From the IMG/VR virus record IMGVR_UViG_3300035670_000106, positions 1 to 64,000 of that record: a DNA stretch of 64,000 nucleotides; one strand, 5' to 3'. Shown here piece by piece: positions 15,590-24,709 of this stretch. The first letter of the stretch is position 1, and each line of letters starts with the position of its first letter. Below the pieces are notes generated by a model that saw only the letters and a list, made by a program, of their open reading frames with translations, was not told the origin of the DNA and searched no databases. The DNA is from a virus. The translations under genes were made by a program, and so were the position numbers.

Positions 15590-17041
15590 ATGGCTTATAA
15601 TTTAGCTCGAAATTCTCGTGTTTTCGTCACTACTAACCTAGACTCTTATGGAGCAGTTGCAGCTAGCGGGTTTACTACTGCAAATACCTTCGAGGTACAA
15701 GTATTAGACGGATTCTCTTTTTCTCAGGGTACTAACCAAACAACTATTTCTATAAATGAAGCTGGCGAGACGCCTATTAGAGGTCAACGCGCTTTTAATA
15801 CCGCACTTAATCCGGTAGAAATTAGCTTCTCAACATATATTCGTCCTAGACTAAACGGATCTCAAGCTACTGCAGAAGAGCGAGTTCTTTGGAATGCTCT
15901 GATGGGTTCAGTACCTCTGGATTACACGGGTACTACAGCTCCTGCTATCGGTGGTACAGTAGCAGGTATTACAAGAGCTTCAACTCTTACAAATGTTGCC
16001 ACTATTACAGGTACCTCAATGACATACGCCGGTATTTCAGTAGGCGACATAGGTACATTAAAAGGTTTAGCAGGTACAGGCTCCGATTATTGGAACCAAC
16101 AAGTAAAAGTCACTGCCTTAAGTGGTACTTCTATTTTAGTAACCTATTTAAGCGCCCCTCCTACTGCAGCAGGGACATCTTTTTCAAATGCAGGATCTGT
16201 TAGATTTGATAAAGCAGCTTGGGTAGAAAAAGCTTCATTAGCTGGTAACGCTATTTCTTATGGCCAAGTAACCTCAGCAACCTCTAATAAAAACAAGCTA
16301 CAAAGTTTAGGCTTTATTTTTATTGTTGACGGTGCTACTTATACAATTGACAATTGTGCAATTGATGGAGCTTCTATAGACTTTGGTCTAGACGCTATTT
16401 CAATGGTTGCATGGACCGCAAAAGGTACTAAACTGAATCAGTTAGCTACTACTGTAAGTCTTAGTGCCGCTACCGATCCAGTTATGTCTGGTGGGTTGAC
16501 AGGTACAGCAACAGGCAAGGTTACTACTGCTAACTATATCACTAACAAACTATCAACAGTTAGTTTGAAGAGCGGTATCGGAGAAACAGCAGGTACTGAT
16601 TATACTATAGTACTTACTGGAGGTAACATCCAGATTGCTAATAACATCAACTACATTACTCCTAATAATATTGGTGTAGTTAATATTCCTATTGGATACT
16701 ACACTGGAGCAAGAGCAGTCAGTGGCACCCTAAACGCTTATCTACGTACTGGATCAGGCTTTGCAGCAGACTTGCTAACAAGCATGCTTTCAGATGTTGC
16801 TACAGCTTCTGAGACTAAGTTTAATTTAAGTGTGGATATTGGTGGATCCTCTAATACTACTAGAGTAGAGCTAAACATGCCTGGAGTATCTCTTGGTATT
16901 CCTAGTGTTGAAGTTGCGGATGTGGTATCTACAGCTATTACTTTTAACGCACAAAGTACTACCGGAGATAAGACCACTAGTGGTAATACATACGATATTG
17001 AAAATACTAACGATATTGAGATCCGTTACTATTCAGTTTAA
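15590..17041 (+). CDS. Major tail tube protein (T5 pb6-like)
   Basis: 'LARNSRVFV', 'VLDGFSFSQ', 'FNTALNPVEISFSTYIRP'. Confidence 0.9.
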   Translation: MAYNLARNSRVFVTTNLDSYGAVAASGFTTANTFEVQVLDGFSFSQGTNQTTISINEAGETPIRGQRAFNTALNPVEISFSTYIRPRLNGSQATAEERVLWNALMGSVPLDYTGTTAPAIGGTVAGITRASTLTNVATITGTSMTYAGISVGDIGTLKGLAGTGSDYWNQQVKVTALSGTSILVTYLSAPPTAAGTSFSNAGSVRFDKAAWVEKASLAGNAISYGQVTSATSNKNKLQSLGFIFIVDGATYTIDNCAIDGASIDFGLDAISMVAWTAKGTKLNQLATTVSLSAATDPVMSGGLTGTATGKVTTANYITNKLSTVSLKSGIGETAGTDYTIVLTGGNIQIANNINYITPNNIGVVNIPIGYYTGARAVSGTLNAYLRTGSGFAADLLTSMLSDVATASETKFNLSVDIGGSSNTTRVELNMPGVSLGIPSVEVADVVSTAITFNAQSTTGDKTTSGNTYDIENTNDIEIRYYSV

Positions 17042-17052
17042 TTAAGTTTTAA

Positions 17053-17085
17053 GAGGAGGGAGATAAGCTTACCCTCCTCCTTTTT
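17053..17085 (+). terminator. Intrinsic terminator
   Basis: GAGGAGGG/CCCTCCTC stem followed by T-tract. Confidence 0.75.
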
Positions 17086-17101
17086 ATAAAGGTATATAAT
17101 A

Positions 17102-17530
17102 ATGACAGAATCACAAGAAGTACTAAGTCTAAAAAGTCTACTGGTCCCTACTAAAACAGTTGAAGTAGAATACCCAGGCATGTCAGGCTTCGTATTAACA
17201 CTATCCTTCCTTTCTAGAGAACAACTAACAAATATTAGAAAGAAAGCAGTAAAGACTGAGTTTAAAAATAGACAGCCAGTAGAAACACTAAATGAAGAGC
17301 TATTTTTACAACTATACGTCGAAGCCTGTATAAAAGGATGGAAAGGCCTAAAGTTTTCTTATCTAGAGCAATTAGCTCCAGTAGATATTAGTGCTCAAAA
17401 GCCAGAAGATACTCTTGGTTTTTCAAAAGAAAATGCACTGTACTTAATGAAAGCAAGCGCCGACTTTGACTCATTTATTAGTGATACTGTATCTGACCTT
17501 GCAAATTTTCAGAAGAACAGTGGAGAGTAA
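17102..17530 (+). CDS. Tail assembly chaperone (gpG-like)
   Basis: Between tube and TMP genes; slippery heptamer A-AAT-TTT at 17503-17509. Confidence 0.85.
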   Translation: MTESQEVLSLKSLLVPTKTVEVEYPGMSGFVLTLSFLSREQLTNIRKKAVKTEFKNRQPVETLNEELFLQLYVEACIKGWKGLKFSYLEQLAPVDISAQKPEDTLGFSKENALYLMKASADFDSFISDTVSDLANFQKNSGE

Positions 17531-17880
17531 TAGCCTCACAAATTAAGTCATTTTTTCAAAATTCTGATGTAAAAATGACTAAGGAACAGTACTTTGAAAT
17601 GTGTGAAATGCTCGGTACTGAGCCAGTTGAATCAGAAATTCCAATAGAATTCGATGACTTATTCGATGAAGTACAAGAAGCTATCCAAGTGTATAATATG
17701 CTACAAGATAACTGGGATACTATGAATGGCAACTATATGGGCAAGCATTACGCTGGTATAGCTGATATTTTGAGTATAGCAGAAGTAGAAGATAGGCGTA
17801 CCTGTTTTAAGATTATACAGTTACTCGATAGTGAAAGAATTTCCATTGTTAATAACAAAAAACAAAAACCCGCTAAATGA
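17509..17880 (+). CDS. Tail assembly chaperone -1 frameshift extension (gpGT-like)
   Basis: The -1 frame is open from 17509 into ORF 17575-17880. Confidence 0.8.
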   Translation, partial: SEEQWRVIASQIKSFFQNSDVKMTKEQYFEMCEMLGTEPVESEIPIEFDDLFDEVQEAIQVYNMLQDNWDTMNGNYMGKHYAGIADILSIAEVEDRRTCFKIIQLLDSERISIVNNKKQKPAK

Positions 17881-17898
17881 AAATTTAGCGGGTTTTTT
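17864..17898 (+). terminator. Intrinsic terminator
   Basis: AAAAACCCGCTAAAT / ATTTAGCGGGTTTTT. Confidence 0.85.
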
Positions 17899-17922
17899 AT
17901 TATGCCTAGAATATTTTTATCC

Positions 17923-17951
17923 TTGACATTCCCTTGGTCTAATGATATAAT
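17923..17951 (+). promoter_or_regulatory. Late sigma70 promoter (tape measure/tip operon)
   Basis: TTGACA-N17-TATAAT, extended -10. Confidence 0.85.
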
Positions 17952-17999
17952 AGGGTATAAAATTGATGTATACCGATTTATTTTCATGAGGAAACTCCC

Positions 18000-20900
18000 A
18001 TGACAGACATTAGAATGAATCTGAATGTTACTAGTAATGGTACAACAGATAATGAAACTAAAAAAGCTAAAAAATTAAAAGACGAATTTAATGCTGCTGC
18101 CAATGCGGCAGAACGCATATCCTCAGGAACTAGAGCAGCAGCTCAAACGGCCGCTGTTAGATCTGCTGGTGTAGATGATAGGTTTGATTATAGGCAGGCA
18201 AGAGCAGGCCGCGGCACGGGCGCCGCAGGGAGAGATTTTGCACGCCAGGCACAAGGATTGGGCGGTATAGTACAGGTGTACGCCACCTTTGCCGCTAATC
18301 TATTCGCAGTTACTACAGCTTTCCAAGCGCTTTCAAAAGCCGCAGACTTTGAAAATATGGTTAAAGGTCTAGATCAACTAGGTGCTGCCAGCGGAAAAAA
18401 CCTAAGTTACATGGCTAGTAATCTTACTAAAGTTACAGATGGGGCCATTAGCTTAAAAGAAGCAATGACAACTGTAGCTCAAGCTAGTGCAGCAGGGTTA
18501 TCAACGGAGCAAATTGATAAATTAGCTATTGTAGCTAAAAAATCCTCGCAAGCTTTAGGCAGAGATATGACGGATTCTATAAATCGTCTATCTCGTGGTA
18601 TTACAAAGATGGAGCCAGAGTTATTAGACGAGGTAGGTATCTTTGTTAGGGTAGATAAAGCCGCTGCCGATTATGCACAGAGTATTGGTAAAACAGCAGC
18701 TAGTTTAACTGATTTTGAAAGACGCCAAGCATTCGCTAACGCAGCGCTCGACCAAGGCATGAAGAAGTTCGGAGAAATAGACTTAGCTTCCAACCCTTTT
18801 AGTAAGTTACAGGCTAGTTTTGTAGATATTATATATCAAGGAGGTATACTACTAAATACAGTACTAGGTCCTATAGCTAATCTACTAGCCAGCAGCCCGA
18901 TGGCCCTTGCAGGAGCAATAGGACTGATAGTAACAACTCTAGCCGGAAAAGCTTTACCAGCTTTAGGAGCTTGGAAAGAAGAACTACAAGATTCTGCTAA
19001 TGCCGCTGCAGAGTACTCCAAAAAACTTGCAAAGGATACTGAAGAGTACTCTGCAATGCAGAGTGCTAAGAAGTTTGGGGAAGATAAAAAAGCTGCTCAA
19101 GCATTAATTACTCAGAATAAACTTTTTGCAGAGGGTTCTAAGACCTTAGAAAGTATAACAGCAGCCACTCTGGAAAAAGAAAGTAACCTATCTAGGGTTT
19201 CCACAGAAATAAATAAAAAACTTAAAGATAGAATTCAAGCCTCCCTAGATTTAGGTAAACGTAATGATGAAGTATCCAGAAGAAATAAAGCCAATATTGA
19301 TGCAGAGATTGCGGCATATACGCAGCTACAGAGACGTATTGACTCAATGCAGCGAAATATTGCTAAAGATAACGAGCTTACAGCCAGAGAAGTAAGAAAT
19401 AACAAGGTAGCCCAGGAGGCTTCTAGTAAGGCAGCCAGATTAAACATAATGAGCGAAGTAAGTGATAAGCTGGCCGTAACGGGTATGTTAGGGGCAATGG
19501 CAGATATTACTGATAAAGTTAATGAGTATAATGCTGGGCTAAAAGAGGGGGAAAAGGGGATAACAAAGATGCAGACTGGTTGGATGAAAGCAACCATGGC
19601 AGCAGATGTAATGTTAGATACTCTTGGAACTTTTATTTCCAAAGTAGCCTTTGTAGGAGCTGCAGTAGGAGCTGTAGTTTCTATACTGGTAATGGTTGAC
19701 TCGTATTTCTCAAAAATAAATAAGGAAGCAGAAGGGTTAGCAAATGGTATCGATAGAGCAGAAGGAGCCATAAAAGTACTAGAAGATGGAGCAGAAAGGC
19801 TATCAAAGTTAGATCCGTTAGAGAGAATGTCTCTTGATAATATATCTGCCAAAAGTAGTGGCCTAAAAGAGCTCAGCGCCGCTATGGAAGACATATTAAC
19901 AAATGCAAGCTTAGCAGAGCAAAAAATGGGTACTTGGGATACTTTTGTAGATCGATTAGCCTCCATATTTGGTAATTCTCTAAGAGACAAAGTTGCCGAG
20001 ATCTCTTCAAAATCCATATTAGAAGGTATAAAAAATATAGATACTAGTACTAAGGCTGGAAAAGAATTAGAGAAAAAATTAAATACCCTATTTGGTGTTA
20101 AAGGTCTTAGTGTTCTTACCGAAGATAACTTACAAAAAAGATTATTCTTCTCCCCAGAGGATCTTGATAAAGCTAGAAAATATTTCAAAGAATATTCTGA
20201 AGATCAGGATAAAAGTATTAATAATATGAAATCTTCTATTGACAGCTTATCAGAAGCTTCAAAAGAGTATGATAATATTGTTAGATCTTATACAAGTACA
20301 AATCCCTTTACAAAAATGGCAATAACTAGCTTCAAAGCATTTTCAGAATTGAAAAAAGAAATTACTAGTGGGACAACTGCTTTAGCAGCTTTCAGGGAAC
20401 TCGTAACTTCTACTGACAAGTTAAAACTTTTACCTGAAGGTACTATTAATGACCTGATTGGTACTAACGCCGAACTAGAAAAGTTAAATAAAAAGATAAA
20501 AAGTCTCGAAGCAGCACGTAGTAAACCCGGTAGTAATAAATTAGTAATAACTAAGCAGATAGAAGAAGCACAAGTAGAAATGCAGAAACTAGCAACTAAC
20601 TCTATTACTAAAGCCATGCAGGCTTCAGCAAAAAAAGCAGGAGAAAATTTAGGCACTGAAGCTTCGAGAATTTTAAAACAGGCGGCCCTGAAAGCCACAG
20701 CCTCCTTAGCCTCAGCTATAGGGGGCCCAGATAGTGCAAGAATACAAGCAAGAATACAGATACAGCAAATAGAGTTAGATATAGATAAGTTAGAGTCTGA
20801 TAAGCAACTAATCCTAAGCCAGGAAAGATTAAGAATATCAAATGAAAGAATATCTTTAGAGAATAAAAAGAGGGAAACAGAAAATACTCTTCGTTCAAAA

Positions 20901-23708
20901 GATTATGCCAAACTTAGTGATCCTGAAAAACTTCAGGTACTTACAGATGATAAGAATGCTAGAAGAGGTCTAAAAGATTTAGAATTGCAAGAAAAAATAG
21001 TATCTGATATGTCAAAAGGCATTACAATAGCACCTGAAAGACTACAGGGAAATCTAGGTTTATTAGATGCCTCAGAAGCTGTACGTAATGTAAACGCCAG
21101 TATTAAGGGGTTTAGAACAGAGCAGAAAACTATTAGAAGTATAGGCGAGATAAATTGGTTAAGAGACGCTAATGAAGCTTCAAAAAGATCAGCGGAATTA
21201 GTTAATGCTAATATTACTGCTTATAGGGAGTTTAACACACTACTAAATCAGTATTTAGATAAATATGTGGAAGTTGAATCACTAAGTACTTCCATATACA
21301 ATAGAAACGAGGATATTCTAAGGTCTGCGGCAGACTTAACTAGCGAGATAGATAATAGAAGAGAACTGTATGAGGAAGAAACTAAGGCAGCATTAGCTAA
21401 TGCTGATATACAAGAGTCAGCAAGAAAAAAATACGAGGAAGATATACGTAAAATTAAGTCAGAGGGCCTAATAAAAATACTAACTCTAGAAAATGCACAG
21501 ATACTTGATAACTTAAAACTATACGACTTGCGAGCTAAAAAATTAAGCGAGATTTCGGAGTATACTTCCCAAGTACTTGGAGTTGAAAAAGAAATCACAG
21601 AAGTATTAAGAAGTGCAGGAGTTATAACAGAAGCACAAAGTAGGGATATTTTTAATAGAATAGACTCAGAAGAAATAATTTTAAAATACTACACAGAGAG
21701 AATCGCCGTATCAAAGAAACTAGAGGCTATCCAGGAACAAATTAATAAGGATACATTTTCTCAGTCAATCGCCTTCAGTAAAGAAGTAGCTGATAGACTA
21801 GCAAACCTGCAAGCATACAGTAAGATACTATCCGATGAAGAAAAAAGACTAGTAGCTAAACAGACTTTCGATCTTGAAATTTTAGAAGCTAAGCAAAAGT
21901 ATCAGAAGGACCTTGTAGCAACTGAAGAAAGACTTAAAGAAATAGAGACAGGTTTTCTAGGTACATATACTAACTTCATAGAGTACAGTAAGCTAGGTGC
22001 ACAGGATTTTATAAATAAGCTAGGTGAGCAAGCCGAGGCAATGGAATCTTCCATGTCAGTACTTAATAGAGGGGCAATAGATGCTATTGATTCTACTATT
22101 GATAAGTTCTATGAAATGACTATTAAAGGCGAGGCAACTCTTAAAGATGTTGCTCAGGTACTAAAAGACGGCTTCAAAAATGCTTTTGCAGAAGCTGCCG
22201 CAAATAATGTAAAAAAGCTATACAAAGAAGGTTTATCAAAAATCTTTGGTACTGACAAGAAAAAAGCTGGAGATGAACTACAGAAGAAGACTCAAGAGGC
22301 ACAGAATAGACTATCAGTTAGTATGGGAGAATTTGTAAGAACAGTACCTCAGCTAGTTAATGCTCTAAATAGATTTTCTGGAGGTACCACAACTGGAATT
22401 ACCACAGGAATGCGCCCTGACTTAGATATGTCTGGTAAGCATGTACAACTAGGGCCTATACCTTTTGAAGGAGATGGCATCCCCCTTAATAATCCCACAT
22501 ATACCCTAGAATCTTCAGAGTTCATAAAAGACCCAGGCCTATTAAATATAGGTAGTAAACTAGAAGGCTTATTTAGTTGGCTAGGAGATAGTGAAACTCC
22601 TCCTAGATATACTGTAGGCGCTACAGACATTATTCCTAATCCTGGTCTTTTTGATAAGGATAAGGGCATACCTTTTGTAACTTGGGGGCTCTCAGAGAAT
22701 CGTAATAAAATAGAGGAGGAGAGTCTTCCAGCACTTTCTAAATCCGCAGCACAAATAGCTGAAGAATTATTAGACAAACAAAGACAAACCGAAAGAAGTT
22801 TAGCTACTGAATTTAACCCCGATAGATTTCCAGGATTAGATTCTCCAGGTAAGTACGACCTAATTGACCCCAGTACTTTATCTAGTGTAGATAATAAGTT
22901 AAAAGATCTAATGAACTTCTTTATTGGACTTGACAATGCAAAAAATATGAAAGCTAGCGAGTTAGATGTAATTTATGAAACGGGCCGTGGTATAAGCGAA
23001 GAAGAACTACTGAGAGACAGTAAATACTGGCAGTCCTTAGAGCTAGAAACTAAAGCTATGGGTGAAGAGGCCAAGAAAGGTATACAAGGTCTGGGCAAAG
23101 GATTAACAGACTCCTTAAAAGAAGCAGAAGACTGGGGTAGCGGTAATATATTGAAAGATCTAATGAATGGGCTAGGAGGCCTAGGAAAAGGTCTCGATAG
23201 TATGTTAAACTCTGCTAAGGATTGGATAGCTAAGGCTGTAACTGGTGGAGGAATGAATACTGCTGGAGGAAGCTCTTTCTTATCAATATTAGGAAGCGCT
23301 ATACCTATGATGTTCGCAGCCAACGGAGGTATCTTTAATGGTTCCAGAGGCTTATCAGCTTATTCTAACTCTATAGTAAGCTCACCCACTATGTTCGCCT
23401 TCGCGAAAGGTGGGGTACCTAATATGGGTGTTATGGGTGAAGCAGGCCCAGAAGCTATTATACCATTAAAGCGCGACTCCTCAGGTAAGTTGGGGGTAGG
23501 AGGTTCTCAGTCCAATGTTAATGTAACAGTTCACAACTATGGAAAAGAGCAAGCAACTACCAGAGAGACAACAGACTCTAGAGGTAATAGAAGTATCGAA
23601 GTAATTATTGGAGATATGGTCTCAGCAGAGATTAATAGGCCCGGTAGTAACGTAAGTAATAGTATACAAAGTAATTTTGGTACTAGAAATCAATTAGTAA
23701 GGAGGTAA
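18000..23708 (+). CDS. Tape measure protein
   Basis: 1902 aa, helical, with TM segments; T5 pb2-like N-terminus; lambdoid C-terminus 'FAANGG...GVMGEAGPEAIIPLKR'. Confidence 0.95.
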   Translation: MTDIRMNLNVTSNGTTDNETKKAKKLKDEFNAAANAAERISSGTRAAAQTAAVRSAGVDDRFDYRQARAGRGTGAAGRDFARQAQGLGGIVQVYATFAANLFAVTTAFQALSKAADFENMVKGLDQLGAASGKNLSYMASNLTKVTDGAISLKEAMTTVAQASAAGLSTEQIDKLAIVAKKSSQALGRDMTDSINRLSRGITKMEPELLDEVGIFVRVDKAAADYAQSIGKTAASLTDFERRQAFANAALDQGMKKFGEIDLASNPFSKLQASFVDIIYQGGILLNTVLGPIANLLASSPMALAGAIGLIVTTLAGKALPALGAWKEELQDSANAAAEYSKKLAKDTEEYSAMQSAKKFGEDKKAAQALITQNKLFAEGSKTLESITAATLEKESNLSRVSTEINKKLKDRIQASLDLGKRNDEVSRRNKANIDAEIAAYTQLQRRIDSMQRNIAKDNELTAREVRNNKVAQEASSKAARLNIMSEVSDKLAVTGMLGAMADITDKVNEYNAGLKEGEKGITKMQTGWMKATMAADVMLDTLGTFISKVAFVGAAVGAVVSILVMVDSYFSKINKEAEGLANGIDRAEGAIKVLEDGAERLSKLDPLERMSLDNISAKSSGLKELSAAMEDILTNASLAEQKMGTWDTFVDRLASIFGNSLRDKVAEISSKSILEGIKNIDTSTKAGKELEKKLNTLFGVKGLSVLTEDNLQKRLFFSPEDLDKARKYFKEYSEDQDKSINNMKSSIDSLSEASKEYDNIVRSYTSTNPFTKMAITSFKAFSELKKEITSGTTALAAFRELVTSTDKLKLLPEGTINDLIGTNAELEKLNKKIKSLEAARSKPGSNKLVITKQIEEAQVEMQKLATNSITKAMQASAKKAGENLGTEASRILKQAALKATASLASAIGGPDSARIQARIQIQQIELDIDKLESDKQLILSQERLRISNERISLENKKRETENTLRSKDYAKLSDPEKLQVLTDDKNARRGLKDLELQEKIVSDMSKGITIAPERLQGNLGLLDASEAVRNVNASIKGFRTEQKTIRSIGEINWLRDANEASKRSAELVNANITAYREFNTLLNQYLDKYVEVESLSTSIYNRNEDILRSAADLTSEIDNRRELYEEETKAALANADIQESARKKYEEDIRKIKSEGLIKILTLENAQILDNLKLYDLRAKKLSEISEYTSQVLGVEKEITEVLRSAGVITEAQSRDIFNRIDSEEIILKYYTERIAVSKKLEAIQEQINKDTFSQSIAFSKEVADRLANLQAYSKILSDEEKRLVAKQTFDLEILEAKQKYQKDLVATEERLKEIETGFLGTYTNFIEYSKLGAQDFINKLGEQAEAMESSMSVLNRGAIDAIDSTIDKFYEMTIKGEATLKDVAQVLKDGFKNAFAEAAANNVKKLYKEGLSKIFGTDKKKAGDELQKKTQEAQNRLSVSMGEFVRTVPQLVNALNRFSGGTTTGITTGMRPDLDMSGKHVQLGPIPFEGDGIPLNNPTYTLESSEFIKDPGLLNIGSKLEGLFSWLGDSETPPRYTVGATDIIPNPGLFDKDKGIPFVTWGLSENRNKIEEESLPALSKSAAQIAEELLDKQRQTERSLATEFNPDRFPGLDSPGKYDLIDPSTLSSVDNKLKDLMNFFIGLDNAKNMKASELDVIYETGRGISEEELLRDSKYWQSLELETKAMGEEAKKGIQGLGKGLTDSLKEAEDWGSGNILKDLMNGLGGLGKGLDSMLNSAKDWIAKAVTGGGMNTAGGSSFLSILGSAIPMMFAANGGIFNGSRGLSAYSNSIVSSPTMFAFAKGGVPNMGVMGEAGPEAIIPLKRDSSGKLGVGGSQSNVNVTVHNYGKEQATTRETTDSRGNRSIEVIIGDMVSAEINRPGSNVSNSIQSNFGTRNQLVRR

Positions 23709-23709
23709 A

Positions 23710-24066
23710 ATGCTTTTTGTATGGCCGCCTAGTCTGCCTCAAACGGTTCAAAAAGGGTACACAGAGTCCATAGGGTTTAATATATTAAGAACTCCTATGG
23801 ACTCAGGTCCTGCAAAAATGCGTTTTAGAGGTAAAAAACCTGATACTTTGAAAGTATCCTTTATTATGACAGATGCTCAGGTATCTACATTGAATAGTTT
23901 TATAGAAGAAACCATACGTGGGGTATCTAGATTCGAATTTCCGCACCCTAGGCTAGGTACTAAAGAAGTACGCATGGTTCCCTCGCAGGAAGGAAATATG
24001 TATAGCTTAGAGTACTTAGAGCAAGGATTCTATAAAGTATCAATAGACTTAGAGATAGTACTATGA
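23710..24066 (+). CDS. Distal tail protein (lambda gpM-like)
   Basis: 'WPPSLPQ', 'LRTPMDSGPAKMR', 'RFEFPHP'; follows TMP. Confidence 0.8.
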   Translation: MLFVWPPSLPQTVQKGYTESIGFNILRTPMDSGPAKMRFRGKKPDTLKVSFIMTDAQVSTLNSFIEETIRGVSRFEFPHPRLGTKEVRMVPSQEGNMYSLEYLEQGFYKVSIDLEIVL

Positions 24067-24707
24067 GTAGGCTAGCTAACCTAAATCCAGCAGCTATTAG
24101 AGCTCTATTTGCTACAGAAGCACAGGACAGTATTGTATCCTTATTATCAGTAGCGTATAATACTTATTCCTCTTTATCTATAAATCCTGTGCAATCTTAT
24201 ATTTATATTAGTGATAATTTTACGCACAAATTTAAATATGTAGATGCTAATACTTATCTAGCCTATGATGTACGTACAGGATCGGCAGGAGTTAGTTATA
24301 CCCATACTTCTAGTACCACTTTTGCTAAAGAAATATTTGCGGAAATGCCTGACGAAGTATTTTATGGTACAATTAGTCAAGATAAAATATTTTTATTTAT
24401 ACCTTTTAATATAACTCTACCGGTAGACCAAGCAGGCACAGTACCTGTGTGTAAAATAACTTTTAATGATATTACACAGATACTATCCCCTATAATACGA
24501 GAGATAACGGATAATCCTTCAGTAAGTGTGCAGCTAGTATTGTATAGTGACACAAATAATATAATATCAGAATTGCCTAACTTCTTAATGTCCAATATAA
24601 CATATAACATGAATACAGTACAGGTAGATTTAACATTAGAATCTTTTGTAACTGAGCCTTTTCCAGCTCATACCTTTACTCCTTCAATTTTTCCAGGAAT
24701 ATTTTAA
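24063..24707 (+). CDS. Minor tail tip protein (gpL-position, DUF1833-like)
   Basis: 'PFNITLP', 'EPFPAHTFTPSIFPGIF'; between Dit and NlpC/P60. Confidence 0.75.
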   Translation: MSRLANLNPAAIRALFATEAQDSIVSLLSVAYNTYSSLSINPVQSYIYISDNFTHKFKYVDANTYLAYDVRTGSAGVSYTHTSSTTFAKEIFAEMPDEVFYGTISQDKIFLFIPFNITLPVDQAGTVPVCKITFNDITQILSPIIREITDNPSVSVQLVLYSDTNNIISELPNFLMSNITYNMNTVQVDLTLESFVTEPFPAHTFTPSIFPGIF

Positions 24708-24709
24708 CT

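Noticed and set aside
19235-23323. Long antisense ORFs (up to 317 aa) within the tape measure gene, and similar shadow ORFs elsewhere
   Set aside because: They mirror the codon bias of the real gene and show no RBS or recognisable domains
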